Origin: Monocercomonoides exilis PA203
Lineage: Eukaryota; Protista; Preaxostyla
NCBI GenBank assembly: GCA_001643675.2
Contig: LSRY02000043.1
Coordinates: forward strand, 186,001-250,000
DNA: 64,000 nt
Reading direction: 5' to 3'
Shown here: positions 13,201 through 26,500 of the stretch, piece by piece
How positions within the stretch are numbered: the first letter of the stretch is position 1
Layout: each line of letters starts with the position of its first letter
Notes under the pieces: model-generated
What the model saw: the letters and a program-made list of their open reading frames with translations, nothing else
Database searches by the model: none
Told to the model about the DNA's origin: nothing
Made by a program: the position numbers and the translations under genes

Positions 13201-14480
13201 GTGATGAATATTTGTCTTCACCAAGCAATTCTTACCAGCAGTATGATAAGAATAGAAGCAGAAGTGGAAGAAGAATGCAACAAAGCAGACAAAGCAGACA
13301 GATGTCTTCTTATCCTGAAGAAGAAGAGGACAATAGAAGAAGAAGTCACTCTGTTGATGGATCAACAAGATGGTTTGGAACAAGAGCAAATGACTACAGA
13401 GTGTTTGAGGAGAGGATAAAAGAGTTGGAAGAAGAAGAAAAGATCAAAAGGAAAGAGCAGAAATGGGCAGAAGAAAAGAAGCTCATGAAAAGCGGTGCTT
13501 TCTCACCTGAAAATGGCTCACATAGAACAGCCAGAAACAATCAAGTGTCTCAAAGAGATCCGAGCAAGTCTCGTTTCCTATCTCCTCCATCAAATGCTGC
13601 TTTGGAGCATTCCCCGCAGACTGATCGCCCCAAATGGAAACTTTCAACTAAATATGACCCGAAGGAGGTAGCAGAGCTAATGGCACATGCGCCTCCTTCA
13701 CTTGTTGCTCCTCCTTCTTTGCCTGTGGAACAGTCATCGAACATGCCATTGTTACCTTCCTCGCTGACTGACCCTTTTCCTTCAAAGATACTCAGTTCAT
13801 CATCTTCATCTTTCTCCTCCTCCTCTTCTTTCTCTTCTTCTTCGCTGAATGTGCTTGCATCACCACAATCAGCTGAATCACCAACACAAATTGCACCTTC
13901 AATTGTGCCTGACAAGCACGTTCTGCCTCCACTTCGATATCTGCGAGATCAAGAACAAAACAGAAAGAGACAGAAAGCAACCGAATTTAGCGACAGCGTC
14001 CGGATCGCAAATTGGAAGAGGGTACAATCAGCACTTTCAAAGAGATTGAAGGCGATGGAAGCAGAAGTGAAGCATAGAGACAGCATAATTGGATTTTATG
14101 AAGCTCAACAACGACATTCACAAATGAAGATTAAGAAGACACAACGAGAAAAGAAAGAGATGAAAAGAAGAGAAAAAATGCTGAAAGAGAAAATGAGAGA
14201 AGAGGAGGCAGAAAAGGAAGAGATGAGAGAACTTCTTGGTGAATTGAGCGGAGAACTGAAGGTGATGAAAGGGCACATCGAAGAAGGGGAAGAAGGGATA
14301 CGAAAATGGAATTATGCAGCCGATGAGACATTTGACGAAGATGCGGAAGATGCCTGGCATCAAATGAAAAGACCAGCTCTGAGGAATCCTTTTGAAGAAG
14401 AAGAGAAAGCGATGAAACGTTCCGAAAGCACGGAAAGGGTTGTTTCTGCGCTTTCACAATATTTGCTGTTGCCTTCTTGA
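9494..14480 (+). CDS. Large low-complexity coiled-coil protein (~1,640 aa)
   Basis: Exon 9494..9650 splices in frame through intron 9651..9699 to ORF 9645..14480. Poly-E, poly-K and poly-S tracts and a C-terminal coiled coil; no recognisable domain. Confidence 0.78.
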
Positions 14481-15208
14481 AATCATTTCGCATCTGTCTT
14501 TCTTCTTTAAGTATATTTTTTTATTTTTCAATTACAAGTTTTGTTTTCAACTTTTTGTAAAATGTAGTTTTTTGTTTTCTTAATCATTTTTCTTGACTTT
14601 TTCAAAAAGATTAAAATTCGAATGAATTTTCAATTCAGCATTGATTTTCAAAGCGCAAAAATCAACACATCACAAAATATTTGATACAAAATAAAGCTTC
14701 CCTTTTCTTTGTATCTTTGAAAATCACAAGAATTTTGAAAACTTTCATTACCTCAATCGTTGAAAACCAATAACACGCACACAAAAAGAAATGAACAATG
14801 GATAAGTCAGAATAGGATTGGTAATACTTTCAGAGATAAGACAACAAACATAAAGAATCAGACAATATTCACTTTTTGCAAAAAATTACAAAACCAGTTT
14901 GCTTTCTGAATCATCAAATTATTTCATAAAATTCAGTCAAAACAATCAATTGATTGGAATGTTTATCCACACAACAAAGGTGGATAAAAAAATGGAAATC
15001 ACAGAAAATGATATCCTCAAAAATAATAATAAAGTCAACATATAAAAATCTCAATAAATATTCGCCAATAAAATAAAATAGAACATAGGGAAACGTAACG
15101 CAATAACTGCAAAATGCGAATTAATCTCAAAAATTCACTGAAAAATAGCATAAACTATTTTAACAATAAAGATAAAAAATCAAATTTTAAATCCAATTCA
15201 CTCTTCAT

Positions 15209-18200
15209 TCATAAGAACACAGCGTTGAACACATTCTTCAGAAGGGCAATGCAATGCGAGTGCGATCTCTCTCTTTCTCTCTGCTCTGCCATCCACAGCG
15301 CATTGCTAAATAGAGAAAGAAGAGCTGTAAATCGATGCTTTTCCTCTGCTGTGTGCACCAGCGCATCGTAAATCTTTAGAAGATGCCTCAAATGCGGTGG
15401 AAGTGGCTGAACGATCGAATACAAAGAGAAACTCTTTCGCATAGCCAAGCAATCAAATACTGGTGAAGGTGAAGTCTCACCCATCTGCACAGCATCTGTT
15501 TGATTAGAGAGAGAATTTGAAGGCGGTGAAGCTGCATTCAGCGACTGAGAAGAAGGAGAACGGAAGTTAGATGGACGAGGCCTCTGAGCATGAGGAGGAG
15601 AAGAGGAAGGAGCAGTGCTTTGGGGAGAAAGTAGAGGAGGACATGAAGACGGGGAATGAATCAAAGGAGATTGAGAAACGGATGGAGCAGAAGAAGAGCT
15701 TTGATCTTTCTGGTTGGAAGAAACTGGATTAGCAAGTGCTGATAAAGTTGATGGAGGAGAAGAAGGAGAAGTGGGCACAAGAGATAAGAATGAGCCAAAT
15801 GAAGAAGACTGGCTGGGCGAAGGAGAAAAGGAAGGCGAGGAACTGGAAGTGGAAACAGGAGTGGAAGGCATAGATGAAATGGATGGCGCCAAAGATGCAA
15901 TTCCCAGAATGTCCATTTGCGCTGATGCAGGCGAGGGAGGAGTGGCTGAATGTGGAAGTTTGTTCGGAGTTTGCCGCTGCGATGGGCGCGAAAAGGACTC
16001 TGCTGATCCTGGCGAGCGTGTCTGCCTCTGCAAACAGAACAGCCAGGCATCCTTCTGCCTGTCGATCTCTTCGTTTCTCCTTCGCATCTCATCTGCTTCC
16101 CAACTGTTCAGCTCGTCGCACTCTGCAGCTCCATCAACCCAATCTGCTGCCATCTCTGCCAACATGCCCCTCTTCTCGTCCATCGCCTCCAGCGCTGCCC
16201 CACTCACAATCTCCACTCGCCTGATCATTGCGCTAACTGCACTCAACCTCAGACTCACTCCTTCCACCTCATTCAGAATCAAATAATGTTGTCTCCTCAG
16301 CAACTCTTGCCGCTTTCGCTTGTTTCGCCGCTGTTGCCTTTGACGAAGCTGCTTCAATTCTCTCAATTTGCAGCGAGCCAGAAAACGACGGACGAAACAC
16401 TGAATCGCAACAACTGCCTGTTCTTGTGTCATGGCAATGCTTTTCTGATGAGCAGTTGCTGAATTACTTTCTTCTGTTGAACTTGAAGTTGGCTGAGTCA
16501 AATGATAGAGATCTGAGAGAGATATGCTATTCCCCTGTGTTTGACCGTCCTCAGAACTGTCTGCTGAAGAATTTGATTCACTTGTTCCATTCTTCCCTGA
16601 TATTTCTTCTTTCATCACAATTTTTCCAAATTTCCTTTGATTACCTTTTTGCTTCTTTGATTTCTTATTCCTCCACCACCGTTGGATACTGCGAGCAGCA
16701 CTTAATTCTTTCAGTTGTTTCAACGCTTCTTCTAGTGAATTCGCAGAAGATGAAATTATCTGTGATACTTTACCACTTATCGTCTCATTAATACCTCCAT
16801 TTTCTTTATTCTCCATCGCATTTTCCTCATTTTCTTCCTCCTCTTCCTCCTCTTCCTCTTCCTCTTCATCAAATTCTTCATCCTCCTCTTCACCTTCCAA
16901 TTCTTCCTCTTTTTCTTCTTCGCCTTCATTCTCTTCTCTCTCATCCGTTCCTTCCTTCTGATTCTTCAGCCTTCTTTCTTCTCTCCTCTTCTTCCTGTTC
17001 ATTAGTTCTTTCCTCCTCCTCCTCATCTCCTCCCTCTCTGCCTTCTTCTCCTGCCTCATCAGCCTCACATACTCTTTGTCCCACCGCTGCATTTTCTGCG
17101 CCTCCTTCGGACTGAACTTCATGTCCCATTCGAAGCAGAACGTGGAATAGCGGTCTCTTGACTCAGTTGTGGCATCAGTCAATGCCAGCGAATCAAAAAG
17201 AGAAGGAGAAGAGTTGAGAGAACTTTTCGAGGGAGAAAGCAGAGAAGAAGAAGATAACAGCTGCGAGGGATACAAAATGAAGGGAATGAGAGGGGAGAAA
17301 AGCGGAGTGAAAAGTGCAGTCAAATTGGCTTCTGTTTTCAGAGCGATTTTTTCTGCTTCGATGAAAGCAGGCGGATACAAGTCAATCTCGTTCTCTGCAT
17401 CATATCTGCTTTGCCTTCCATTTTGCGAGTTTCCATTTGTTTTGCTTGTATCGTCTTGGATGCTCTTCCATTTGTTTAACGAACTGTTGTTATTTGTCCC
17501 TTCAGTCACTAAGCTGTTCTGCTGCTGACTTTTCCCATTCACACCACCACCACCACTGCTGCTGCTTCCTTCATTCATTGCACTGCTTGTCTGATTTGCT
17601 TGGAGAGGAGACAGATGAGGTGCTGCAGCTGATAAGATCGAAGTGAGTGTCAGCGAATGATGGACAGGGCGGAGTGCGAAAGGCGAACATGCAAAGGGAA
17701 ACTGCGGCTGATAAGAAAGAGATGGATGAGGAAGTGTGAATGGAGATATCCGAATCAGTTCATACAAGTCACTCGTTGCTTCTGAAGAACTAGAAGGAAG
17801 CAACAATGAAATGTTTTTTGTTGTTTGAGGATCGTAAAACTTTAATGGAATATTTGTTGTGCTTTGCTTTCTCAACTGCAAGCACTTGCTATTCATTTTG
17901 CTAATATCAGGCTCTGATAAGGATGATAATGATGATGGACTGCTTGTTCTTGAGTTTTGTGATTTTCCTATCGCCTTTCCGTTGGGCAACTTATCCTTTG
18001 CGGAGGAGGAGGAGGAGGAGGAGGATGAGGGAGATGAAGATGATGAAGATGACTCTGATAACATCTTTTTTGCTGACTCTTCCTTCTTCGCCAGTGATTG
18101 CACAATCTCCCCAACCAGCCTCAGAACTGATGCAGCGCATGCGATTGAGTGTGGATGGGGCAGCGATGGCTCGTCAATGGAAGGGAAGAGTGGGAGCAGC

Positions 18201-21200
18201 AGGAAAGCTCTGATGAAGGAGAGGCCCTTCATGCGGATTGCATGAATTTCGCGCTCGATGGCAAAGAGAGAGAAGAAGTAGTGTGGCTGCTGGAGAGGTT
18301 GGAGATGGGAAAACAGAACAGAAGAAGAAGAAGATGATGATGAAGAAATAGAAGAAGAAAAAGAAGGAGAATTCACAGAATGTGTTTGACCTGACAGATT
18401 TGTCAAAGAATTTGTTGTGTTTTCATTGCTTGGCGGAGTGAAAAACGAAAGGAATGAAGAAAATGAGGCGAAGCGAGTTGGCAAAGGGGAAAAGGGCTTT
18501 TGAGAAGGCTGTGTGAGTTGTGATTGGGATGAACGCAGTTCAGATTGAGAGGATGAGTGTCTGAGATCAGAAAGAGAAGGCTCTTTCAAAGAAGAAGAAG
18601 AAGGTGATGAAGACAACAATGAAGAAGAGGAAGATGATAATTGCGATGATGAAGCAGAAAAAGTATTGTTTGGTGTCAGTTGTGCAGAAACTGATGAATT
18701 ACCAGCCAAATCAGGGGAAGATGCAGAAGAAGGAAGTGGAGATGTTCTCTTTGCAATTGTGGAGCGAGTTGGACGGCCTGTTCCAGATGGGGCTGAAGAA
18801 GGGAGAGGAGGTGTGGACAATGGATAAGATGATGCAGAAGATGAAATTGAAGAAGAAGAAGAAGAAGATGATAATGATAATGAAGAAGATGTTAAAGAAT
18901 GTGATAAATGATTAGGAAAGCTATTTTTTGGCGTGCTTTGTTGCGTCTCAGATAAATCAGAAGAGTTTCTCTGTTGCTTTGCATCTTTCATTCTTTTGCT
19001 GGATGAAGAATGTGCAGATTGCATTGCATTTGAAGAAACAGGCAATTTCAAATGAGAAGAAGAAGAAGAAGAAGAAGAAAGTTGTGTTTGCGTTTGTGAT
19101 GGCGCCTGTGATTGAGCAGCAGTTGTGACAGAAAGTTCTCTTTTGAATGAAGACGACTTTGGCAGCTTATACAGCGAGGCAGCAGCTGTCTGAGGAGTCA
19201 AAGGAGAAGGAGAAGGCGAAAGAGAGGAAGAAGGAGAGGAAGAGGAAGAGGATAAGTTCGATGGCGATTGCGCATTTTCTCTTCTCTTTTGCCCTTTCTT
19301 CTCTCTTTTGGATTCTTTTTCTGTTCGTGTTTTCTTTGATGCTGATGTAGCAGATGAAGAACTTGTTTGAGAAGAAGAAGAAGAATTAGAGGAAGAGGAA
19401 GGTCTGTTTTTTGTTTGAATTGAAGGGCTTAATGGAATGCCATAGATGGCAGATGCAACTCTTCTTTCCTTTTCTTTGGCTTTCTCTTTGTTTGTTTTCG
19501 TTTCTTGTTTGTTTTTCTTTTCTTTCTTTTTCTGAGACGCTTCAAAAGCATCGTTGGATTCATCTTTTGTCCTCTTTTTCCTTTGCTCTGATCGTTTCTT
19601 TGGCCCATTTGCATAAATTCGATCATCTTCATCTTCTTCAGCACTTATCCTTTTCCCTTCCAGCCTACTAAACACTCTCACACCTTCTTTTCTTCCTCCT
19701 TCCATTTCAAACGGAGATGGCAGGCGTCCTTCGTTTTGGTGTTTGTATATGCTTCTGTTTGTGTGTTTGACTTTCTTCTGTTCGCCAGTTCGGTCTGCTG
19801 ATTGATAGATTGATGCTTCAGATGAAGTGGAAGGAGAGGAGATTCGCCTGTGTGAATGGGAGGTGCCTCGAGGAGAGTCTGAATGACTTCTGCGAAGTGA
19901 ATGAGAAGATTTGAGAGAAGATGAAGATGATGATGAAGAGGAAGAGGATGAAGGCAATGAAGAAGATGGTGCATAAGGAGAAGATGACCATTGAGAAGAA
20001 TGTACATTAGGCAGCATTGGTGTTGAAAGAGCGTGTGATGGAGGAGAAGGAAGGCGTCTGGATGAGAACTGCGACGATTGGGCACGGCGATATGGAATGG
20101 CAGACATCAAAGCAGACTGGCGATGAGGAGAAGCACGCGAATAAGGCGGAGGAAGGGAAGAGGAATGACGTGGTGGCTCGTTTGGAGGAAGAGAGCGAGA
20201 TGAAGTGCGGGGGAAGTGTTGTGATTGAGGGATGGAAGGTTGGCCAGGACATGGCTTAGATGATGAAGGCTGATAATCAGAAGAGACAGGAGAGGAGGAT
20301 GAGGAAGAGGAGAACAGAAGAGGGGGAAGTGAGAAGGGAGACATTGGAGTTGAAGTGGGATCTTTCCGGATGAAGTTTGAATCTCCACCGAATTCGTAAT
20401 TGGAAAAGACAAATGAAGAAGAAGAAGAAGAAGAAGATGGAAACGATGAAGCAAGTAATGCTGGGTGAGGCCTTGAGCCTGCAGAGAGAGGAGGATAAGC
20501 AGGGAAATTGAATTGTTCTGAAGCAGAGCGAGACAACATTCCAGTTGTATATGACTGAGAACGGGGTCTGTTTGCAGAGATGGGCTCAGCTGAAGAAGGA
20601 GGAGATGGTGTGGATGGAAAGCGAAATGAGTCAGAGTGATTAAACTGCTGTTGCGCGTATGTGTCTGTCTGCATAAGTATCTGGTCAGAGCAGCTGTCAG
20701 AAGCACGCCTAGGCACAACGCCCTCTGTTCGTCGCTGGTTCAACCGAGCCCATCTTACAGGACTCTGTTCTGAGGGAGGAGTTGGAGGCTTGGCGTATAA
20801 CGAAGATGAAGGTGGGGCAGTGTATGAGAGCAAGCGAGTGGACGAATTAGGATCTGTTGAGTCAAGCGGAGAGAAAGAAGATGAAAGAGTAGACGGAAGA
20901 TACGAAATGTTGAGGCCAGATTTGCTGGATGCTGTGGAGATAAATGATGGAGACAACGGTGGAGTTAGAGTTGTGAAAGTGGAGCTATTCTTTCGTGAAT
21001 CAGAATGAGATAATATTGGAGAAGTGGGCACAATCTGTGGAACTGCAGATGATAATTGTTTGGAAATGGTTGATTGTGTATCATCTTTGCGAATATCTGT
21101 ACGGTGCCCAAAATTATCAAAATAAGGAGAATTTATATCATCAATTTGACAAGATTCACTCAAATTCGAGGAAGACACTTGCCGATGCGTAGGTTCCTTA

Positions 21201-21390
21201 ATGTGATTTATTAGTTCAGGTATGTTGGATGTTGGCTGAAACCATGGACAAATAGTACATCCGACGTGTACTGAATCAGTTGCAATCAAAGTTGCATTTG
21301 GTAAAGTTTGAGAAATAGGAAACTCCATCTGGTTCAATTTCTTTGCTTCTTCATAAACTTTAGTTAAAGTTTCCTCAGCAGAAAGAGCTT
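15209..21390 (-). CDS. Ser-rich protein with two IQ (calmodulin-binding) motifs and a putative N-terminal C2H2-like zinc finger; start probably in an upstream exon near 21538
   Basis: 2042-aa ORF. IQ motifs AARSIQRWWRNKK and AVVAIQCFVRRFLARCKL; CTIC-x14-H-x5-H near the N-terminus. The frame stays open to an acceptor near 21388. Confidence 0.75.
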
Positions 21391-22060
21391 TATCAGAAAA
21401 AATGAAAAAAAGTCAAAGATGAATGATAAATTAAAAAGATAGTTTTTCATTGTATAAGAATAAAACAAATAGAATAAAATTAAACAATATAAAATAAATA
21501 CATACTGTAGCCAAAGCAATCTGATTTTTCAGTTTCATTTTTGCTAAATCAAAACAAGAATATAGAAAAATAAAAGAGGGGAAATTACTTCTTTGTTGTA
21601 AATTTAACTAATTGTTTCATACGCTAGGCTTCGCGGCTCAGATTGGAACTTGAAGCTTTTAACTTGTTCTTTAGTCATTGTGCTGCACTTTGAAAAAAAG
21701 AACCAGTTAAATAAGTTCCGAATAACCGCAAAAAATTATTACAGATGATGATCGAAAAATGGAAAAATTGTTGAGTCTGCAATAAATATCTCACTTTTTA
21801 TTTTGATAAAAGTTGAAAAAAGTTCTAATGTTTCCAAAATTTGTTGTTTTGATATTGGAAATTCATTTCTATCTTAATAATAAAATTTTTTTTAACATCA
21901 AAAAATTCATCTCATCAAAGAAAAAGTTTGATTCAAAAACATTAACTTCAAACATTATTTATGCTTCATTGACATTTGTTGAAAAAGAGCTTTTTTTGAT
22001 CAAAATGAGTTATTATTTCTTTAATAATAATTCTCAAAAACTGGAAGTGCTATTATCCTC

Positions 22061-22769
22061 ATGGCACTTCTTCCACAACCATCAACTTTTCCTGTCCCTG
22101 ATATAAGTGTTGCTACTGCACCTGTAGCTGCTCCATCACCAACATTTTGTGGCGTTGTGCTCCCGAAACGTCCAGTTATAACTTCATTTACTGCTTTAGC
22201 TCCAGACAAGTATATTGTTCCAATAGAAGATATTTCAACTGCTTCTCATGTTTGCATATTCCTAACCGGAACTCCACCTCTTCAAAGTTCACTTGGATGC
22301 GCGATTTATCTTGCAACAACACCTTTTACACAATGGAGCTATCTTGGGTCTGTACACAATCAAAAACCATCAACCATTCTCAGATTTAGATGGCCAAAGG
22401 ACGATATTGACCGAGGAGTAACGGCACAGCTTGGTATGTCAGTTTTCAATTTTTTCCCCGAAATTAATGAATAAATGAAATTTAGGAATTAACATAGTCC
22501 CAATTGCAACTGTGGAAGAACTTGATGCAAAGAAAGATGCAGAAAAAAGAGAGGTTCTAAGTTCATCTGGAGACGCTGCATTGAATGCAGTTGGACAAAA
22601 AGTTGTTTCAAATTTATATAACTTTGTTACAAGCATGGCAAGAACAATATCTTTTGCTGATGGAACGGAACCAGTGGAAGTTGTTCCAACAGCCGCAATT
22701 ACGAAATGGCTGGAAACTTTCAATGACAGATGCAGAAAGAATCCAAATTTTTGGAAAGATCTTCTTTGA
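22061..22769 (+). CDS. HIKESHI: Hikeshi/OPI10-family protein (Hsp70 nuclear import carrier)
   Basis: Motifs GVVLPKRPV, HVCIFLTG, WSYLGSVHNQKPSTI, NLYNFVTS and KWLETF…NPNFWK. Intron 22434..22485 joins the two ORFs in frame (AQLG-INIVP). Confidence 0.9.
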
Positions 22770-23527
22770 TTTAAAATTTTCTGTTAACATCATTTATGTC
22801 TGAATCATTCGCATTTCAATAACATTTCATTTTTCTTATGTAGTTTGTGATTAGTTGTTTTTTCTTTGAAAACATTAAAGGAGAATATCAGATATCGGAA
22901 TTTATTGATTGAGGAAGCGAAAAGGTTAATTCTATGTTTTAAAACAAAGATAGATTTATCATAAAAGTGAACATAATGAAAATAGTTGAAGCTGGCGAGA
23001 ATGAAAAAGAAAGAGAAACAGAGAAGATTATTGCCTTTCTTGCAAATTGCATTTGAACATTTCTTTTTCTTTTTTCAAAACTCGAAAATTTCTTTGAATT
23101 GATAAAAATAAAGCATGACTAATCCACTAATGAACATCGAATTATTATTTACTGCAAATATGTGACACTTGAAAACAACATAACTTTTTTCATCCCGCAA
23201 TTTTAACATTCATAACACACAGTTCAAAGCAATGATGAAAAGGAAAGGAAAATAGCAAAAATATGAACTAAAAAAATAACTTTTAAATAAAATCAAAGCT
23301 AATACAAAATCAACAATGAGAAATAAAATTCCAATATAATACAGAACCATCGAATTGAAGTGATATGCAAACGAACAAAATATTAAAGAAAACAAATGAA
23401 ATAAACAAAAAAAGGATAACAATTTTTAATTGAAAAAAAACAAAAAAAAGTATTTGAGAAAAAAGCCTCAAAAGAAAAAACAAATTTTCTCAGAAATATC
23501 TGGAATTATAATGTAAAAAAAAATTGC

Positions 23528-26500
23528 TTAATGCATTCTATCGTATATCATCTTGCGCGTCTTACGCACATCTTCCAACTCGAATCCGATAGACTCGCAA
23601 GGGCTTGGAATAGCCATAAATGTATCTGTTGAGGATATTAATTATGAGAATAAAGAAAAAAAAAATCAAATAAAAGAGGTTCATTAAAAAGTTAAAAAAA
23701 AAAAAAGAATATTTGTATTAATTGCTAATCTCAAAACCCATTTATTCAAAAATTTTTCTCGAAGTAACTCACTCGAATTATTGTCATAATCCATACCGCT
23801 GTTGAGCAGAGAAGCAAACGAAGTGCTGCTGAGGATGCTTATGACCAGCTCCACAATTCCGCTTTCGACTCCAAAGAACGACTTGACATTCATCACATTC
23901 CTTGATCCACTCAGAGGGCGATATAAACCTTGCCTCTTCAGACTGTTCTCCTCTTCCTCATCGTCTATCTGCTTTTCATACTCCACCTCGTCTTCTCCTT
24001 CAAACTCCTCTTCCAGCGAGTCATCGCCTGACTCTGAAAGAGATATCTCATCCTCTCCTTCGCTGTCCTCTTTCCCTTCGCTTTCTCTTCCTCCTCTCTC
24101 TCCTTCCGAAATCAATGACATGCGTCTCTTCGCTTTTGCTTTTGCCTTCGCTTTCTCTTTCTTCTTCACCGCCAGCACCTTCTGCTTCTTCTTCACAGCT
24201 GCTGCACTCCTCTTCGAGTCAGCAGTCATCTTCTCCTTCTCCTTCTCTTCCCACTCTCTGCACCATCCATAGTCCACATCCTTCCCTCCAACACACCCCA
24301 GCGACTCCCACCGCCCTTTCACCCAGCGCCACATGCAGCACCTCTTCAGCATCTGCTCCCTCCTCCGCCCTTCTTCCTCTTCTGCCTCTTCTTTATTTGA
24401 TCCAAATCCGCCTTGTACAGCTGGCAATGGAGATGCCGAGGGAGAAGGAGAAGAGGCAATGCACAGCATGTGGAAGATGGCACGCAATGGAAGATCAGAT
24501 TCTATTGATGGAGAAGAGGAAGAAGAGGTAGAAGAAGGAGAGGAAGCAAAGTAAGGCATGCATTCAACCAGTCTGTGGCAGCAGTTGAACAACGTGGAGA
24601 GGATAAAGAAGGCAGAGCAGATGTCAACCAGACACTGAGTAGGTGCAGAAGGCGAGGCAGGCGAAGAGAGAAGCTCTAACAGAAGAGGAATGCCTCCTTC
24701 TGCAATGAATTGCCTGGTGTTTGAGCAGTGCGAGTAGAGAAGATTGGACAAGGCACACGTGGCAGCAGGGATGATTGTCTTCTTCTTCAGTAAGTGCGAC
24801 GGAGAAACGGAGAAACTATCGTTTGTGGCGTTTGGTGAAGAAGATGTGAATGGAGCTAACAGTTTCAGAATCTCTCTCACCGCTCCTTTGTCACAGAAGG
24901 CGTTGCGGAGAAGAGGATCTGATGAAATGAAAGAATTCATTTCATTCAATAAGCACAACATTGATTCATAACATTAAATAATGCAATTTGAAAAAAAAAG
25001 CTTATAAATTAGATAGAAAATAACAAAAATAACAACCTTCTCTTGCAGCATTCGCGATGATCCAGAGTGTATTTTCGAGTGTTTCATCCTCTCCCTGTGT
25101 GAGCGACTCCATCAAAGTGGCCAATGCGCTGTCATCCAGAATAGCCTGCATTCCATAGCCAGCATCAGTCAAGTGGAGGAGACAGCGAGATGCATTCAGA
25201 CGCAGCTCAGGAATGGGAAGAGAAAGTAAGTTGATCAGCTTCACCATTGAGTATGAAGCAACTTTGCGTCGTTGACTGAAAAAGAAAGAGAAAATGAAAC
25301 AAAACAAAATTTTAAAAAAATTGATTAAACATATGAAAATAATAAAGAATTAGAAAGTAATTCATCCATACCAATCAGTTCTTGTCTCATATTCGACTCC
25401 TTCGAAGTAGACACGATGGAAGTCCTTCTTCCCTTCTCCCTCGCAATAGTGCACCATCACATACGACGCCACTGTTAGTATCTCCAGCGGCGCCCCAGCA
25501 GTCGCCAGTACATTCGCTATCACATCTATCCCATTCCTCGCCCCTTTCCTCTCCTGCACTCCCAGCGGCTGTGGCTGTGCAATGTCCAGAAGTGTTCTCA
25601 GCGCCTCGCTGTTTTTGGTGTCCAGTGCTAATCTGTACAGCACATTCCACGCGCCAATATCGCTCTCCCCGCCTTGCTTCATCATCCGCGCTGCTTCTGT
25701 CCACTTCTCCAAATACGCCGTGAACATTCTGAAATTCGTGGCGTGCCTTGCGATGAAGTCTGAGTACTGAGTGGCTGTCAGAGGTGTGTGCTGCCCCACA
25801 ATCTGCCCAGGATTCACAGTGTATGTGACTGGATAGCTCACTCTGGGGTCATACGGAGGCAGTAGCTGCATATCCTTTGGAGGGATGGGCTGCGTCAGTC
25901 CAACACGAGACAGCATCGCCCCAAACTTCTCTTCAGACACGAAGGAGGAGCGGGCGATGGGTTCACGTGGCCATTTTGGAGGGAGAGGAGAGAAAGAGGT
26001 GAGCTGGCGGACACGCTGAAGAGAAGGGGAATGAGAGGGAGAAGGTGTGGGAGATATAGAAGGAGAAACAGAACGAGGATTAAAAGAGGAGGAAGAAGAA
26101 GAAGAAGAAGATGGAGAGGACGATGAAGAAGCTGGTGAAAACAAATCCTTTGTTGACTGGAAGAGCAGATGTTGGGCAAATACGAAGTTCATAAAGAGAG
26201 CAGCCTGAGAAGAGAGAAGAGAGGCAACAAGTGAGTGTTCCTCTTCAGAAGTGATGGTAAGTGTTCTGTGAAGAGTACGAGGCAGTGAAAAGGCAGAAAG
26301 ATGAGGAGAAGAAAGGAGAGGGGAGCTGCGAATAGGAGAACGGGGTGTGGTTTTGAGGGGAGGGATGTATGAAGAGAGGGAAAGACGATTGGCAGAAGAA
26401 GAAGGAGAAGAAGGAGAAGAAGAGGAAGGAGAAGAAGAGGAAGGAGAAGAAGGAACTGACTGAGTTCTACCCACTTTGGGATGAGGAGGAGGCGGTGGGG

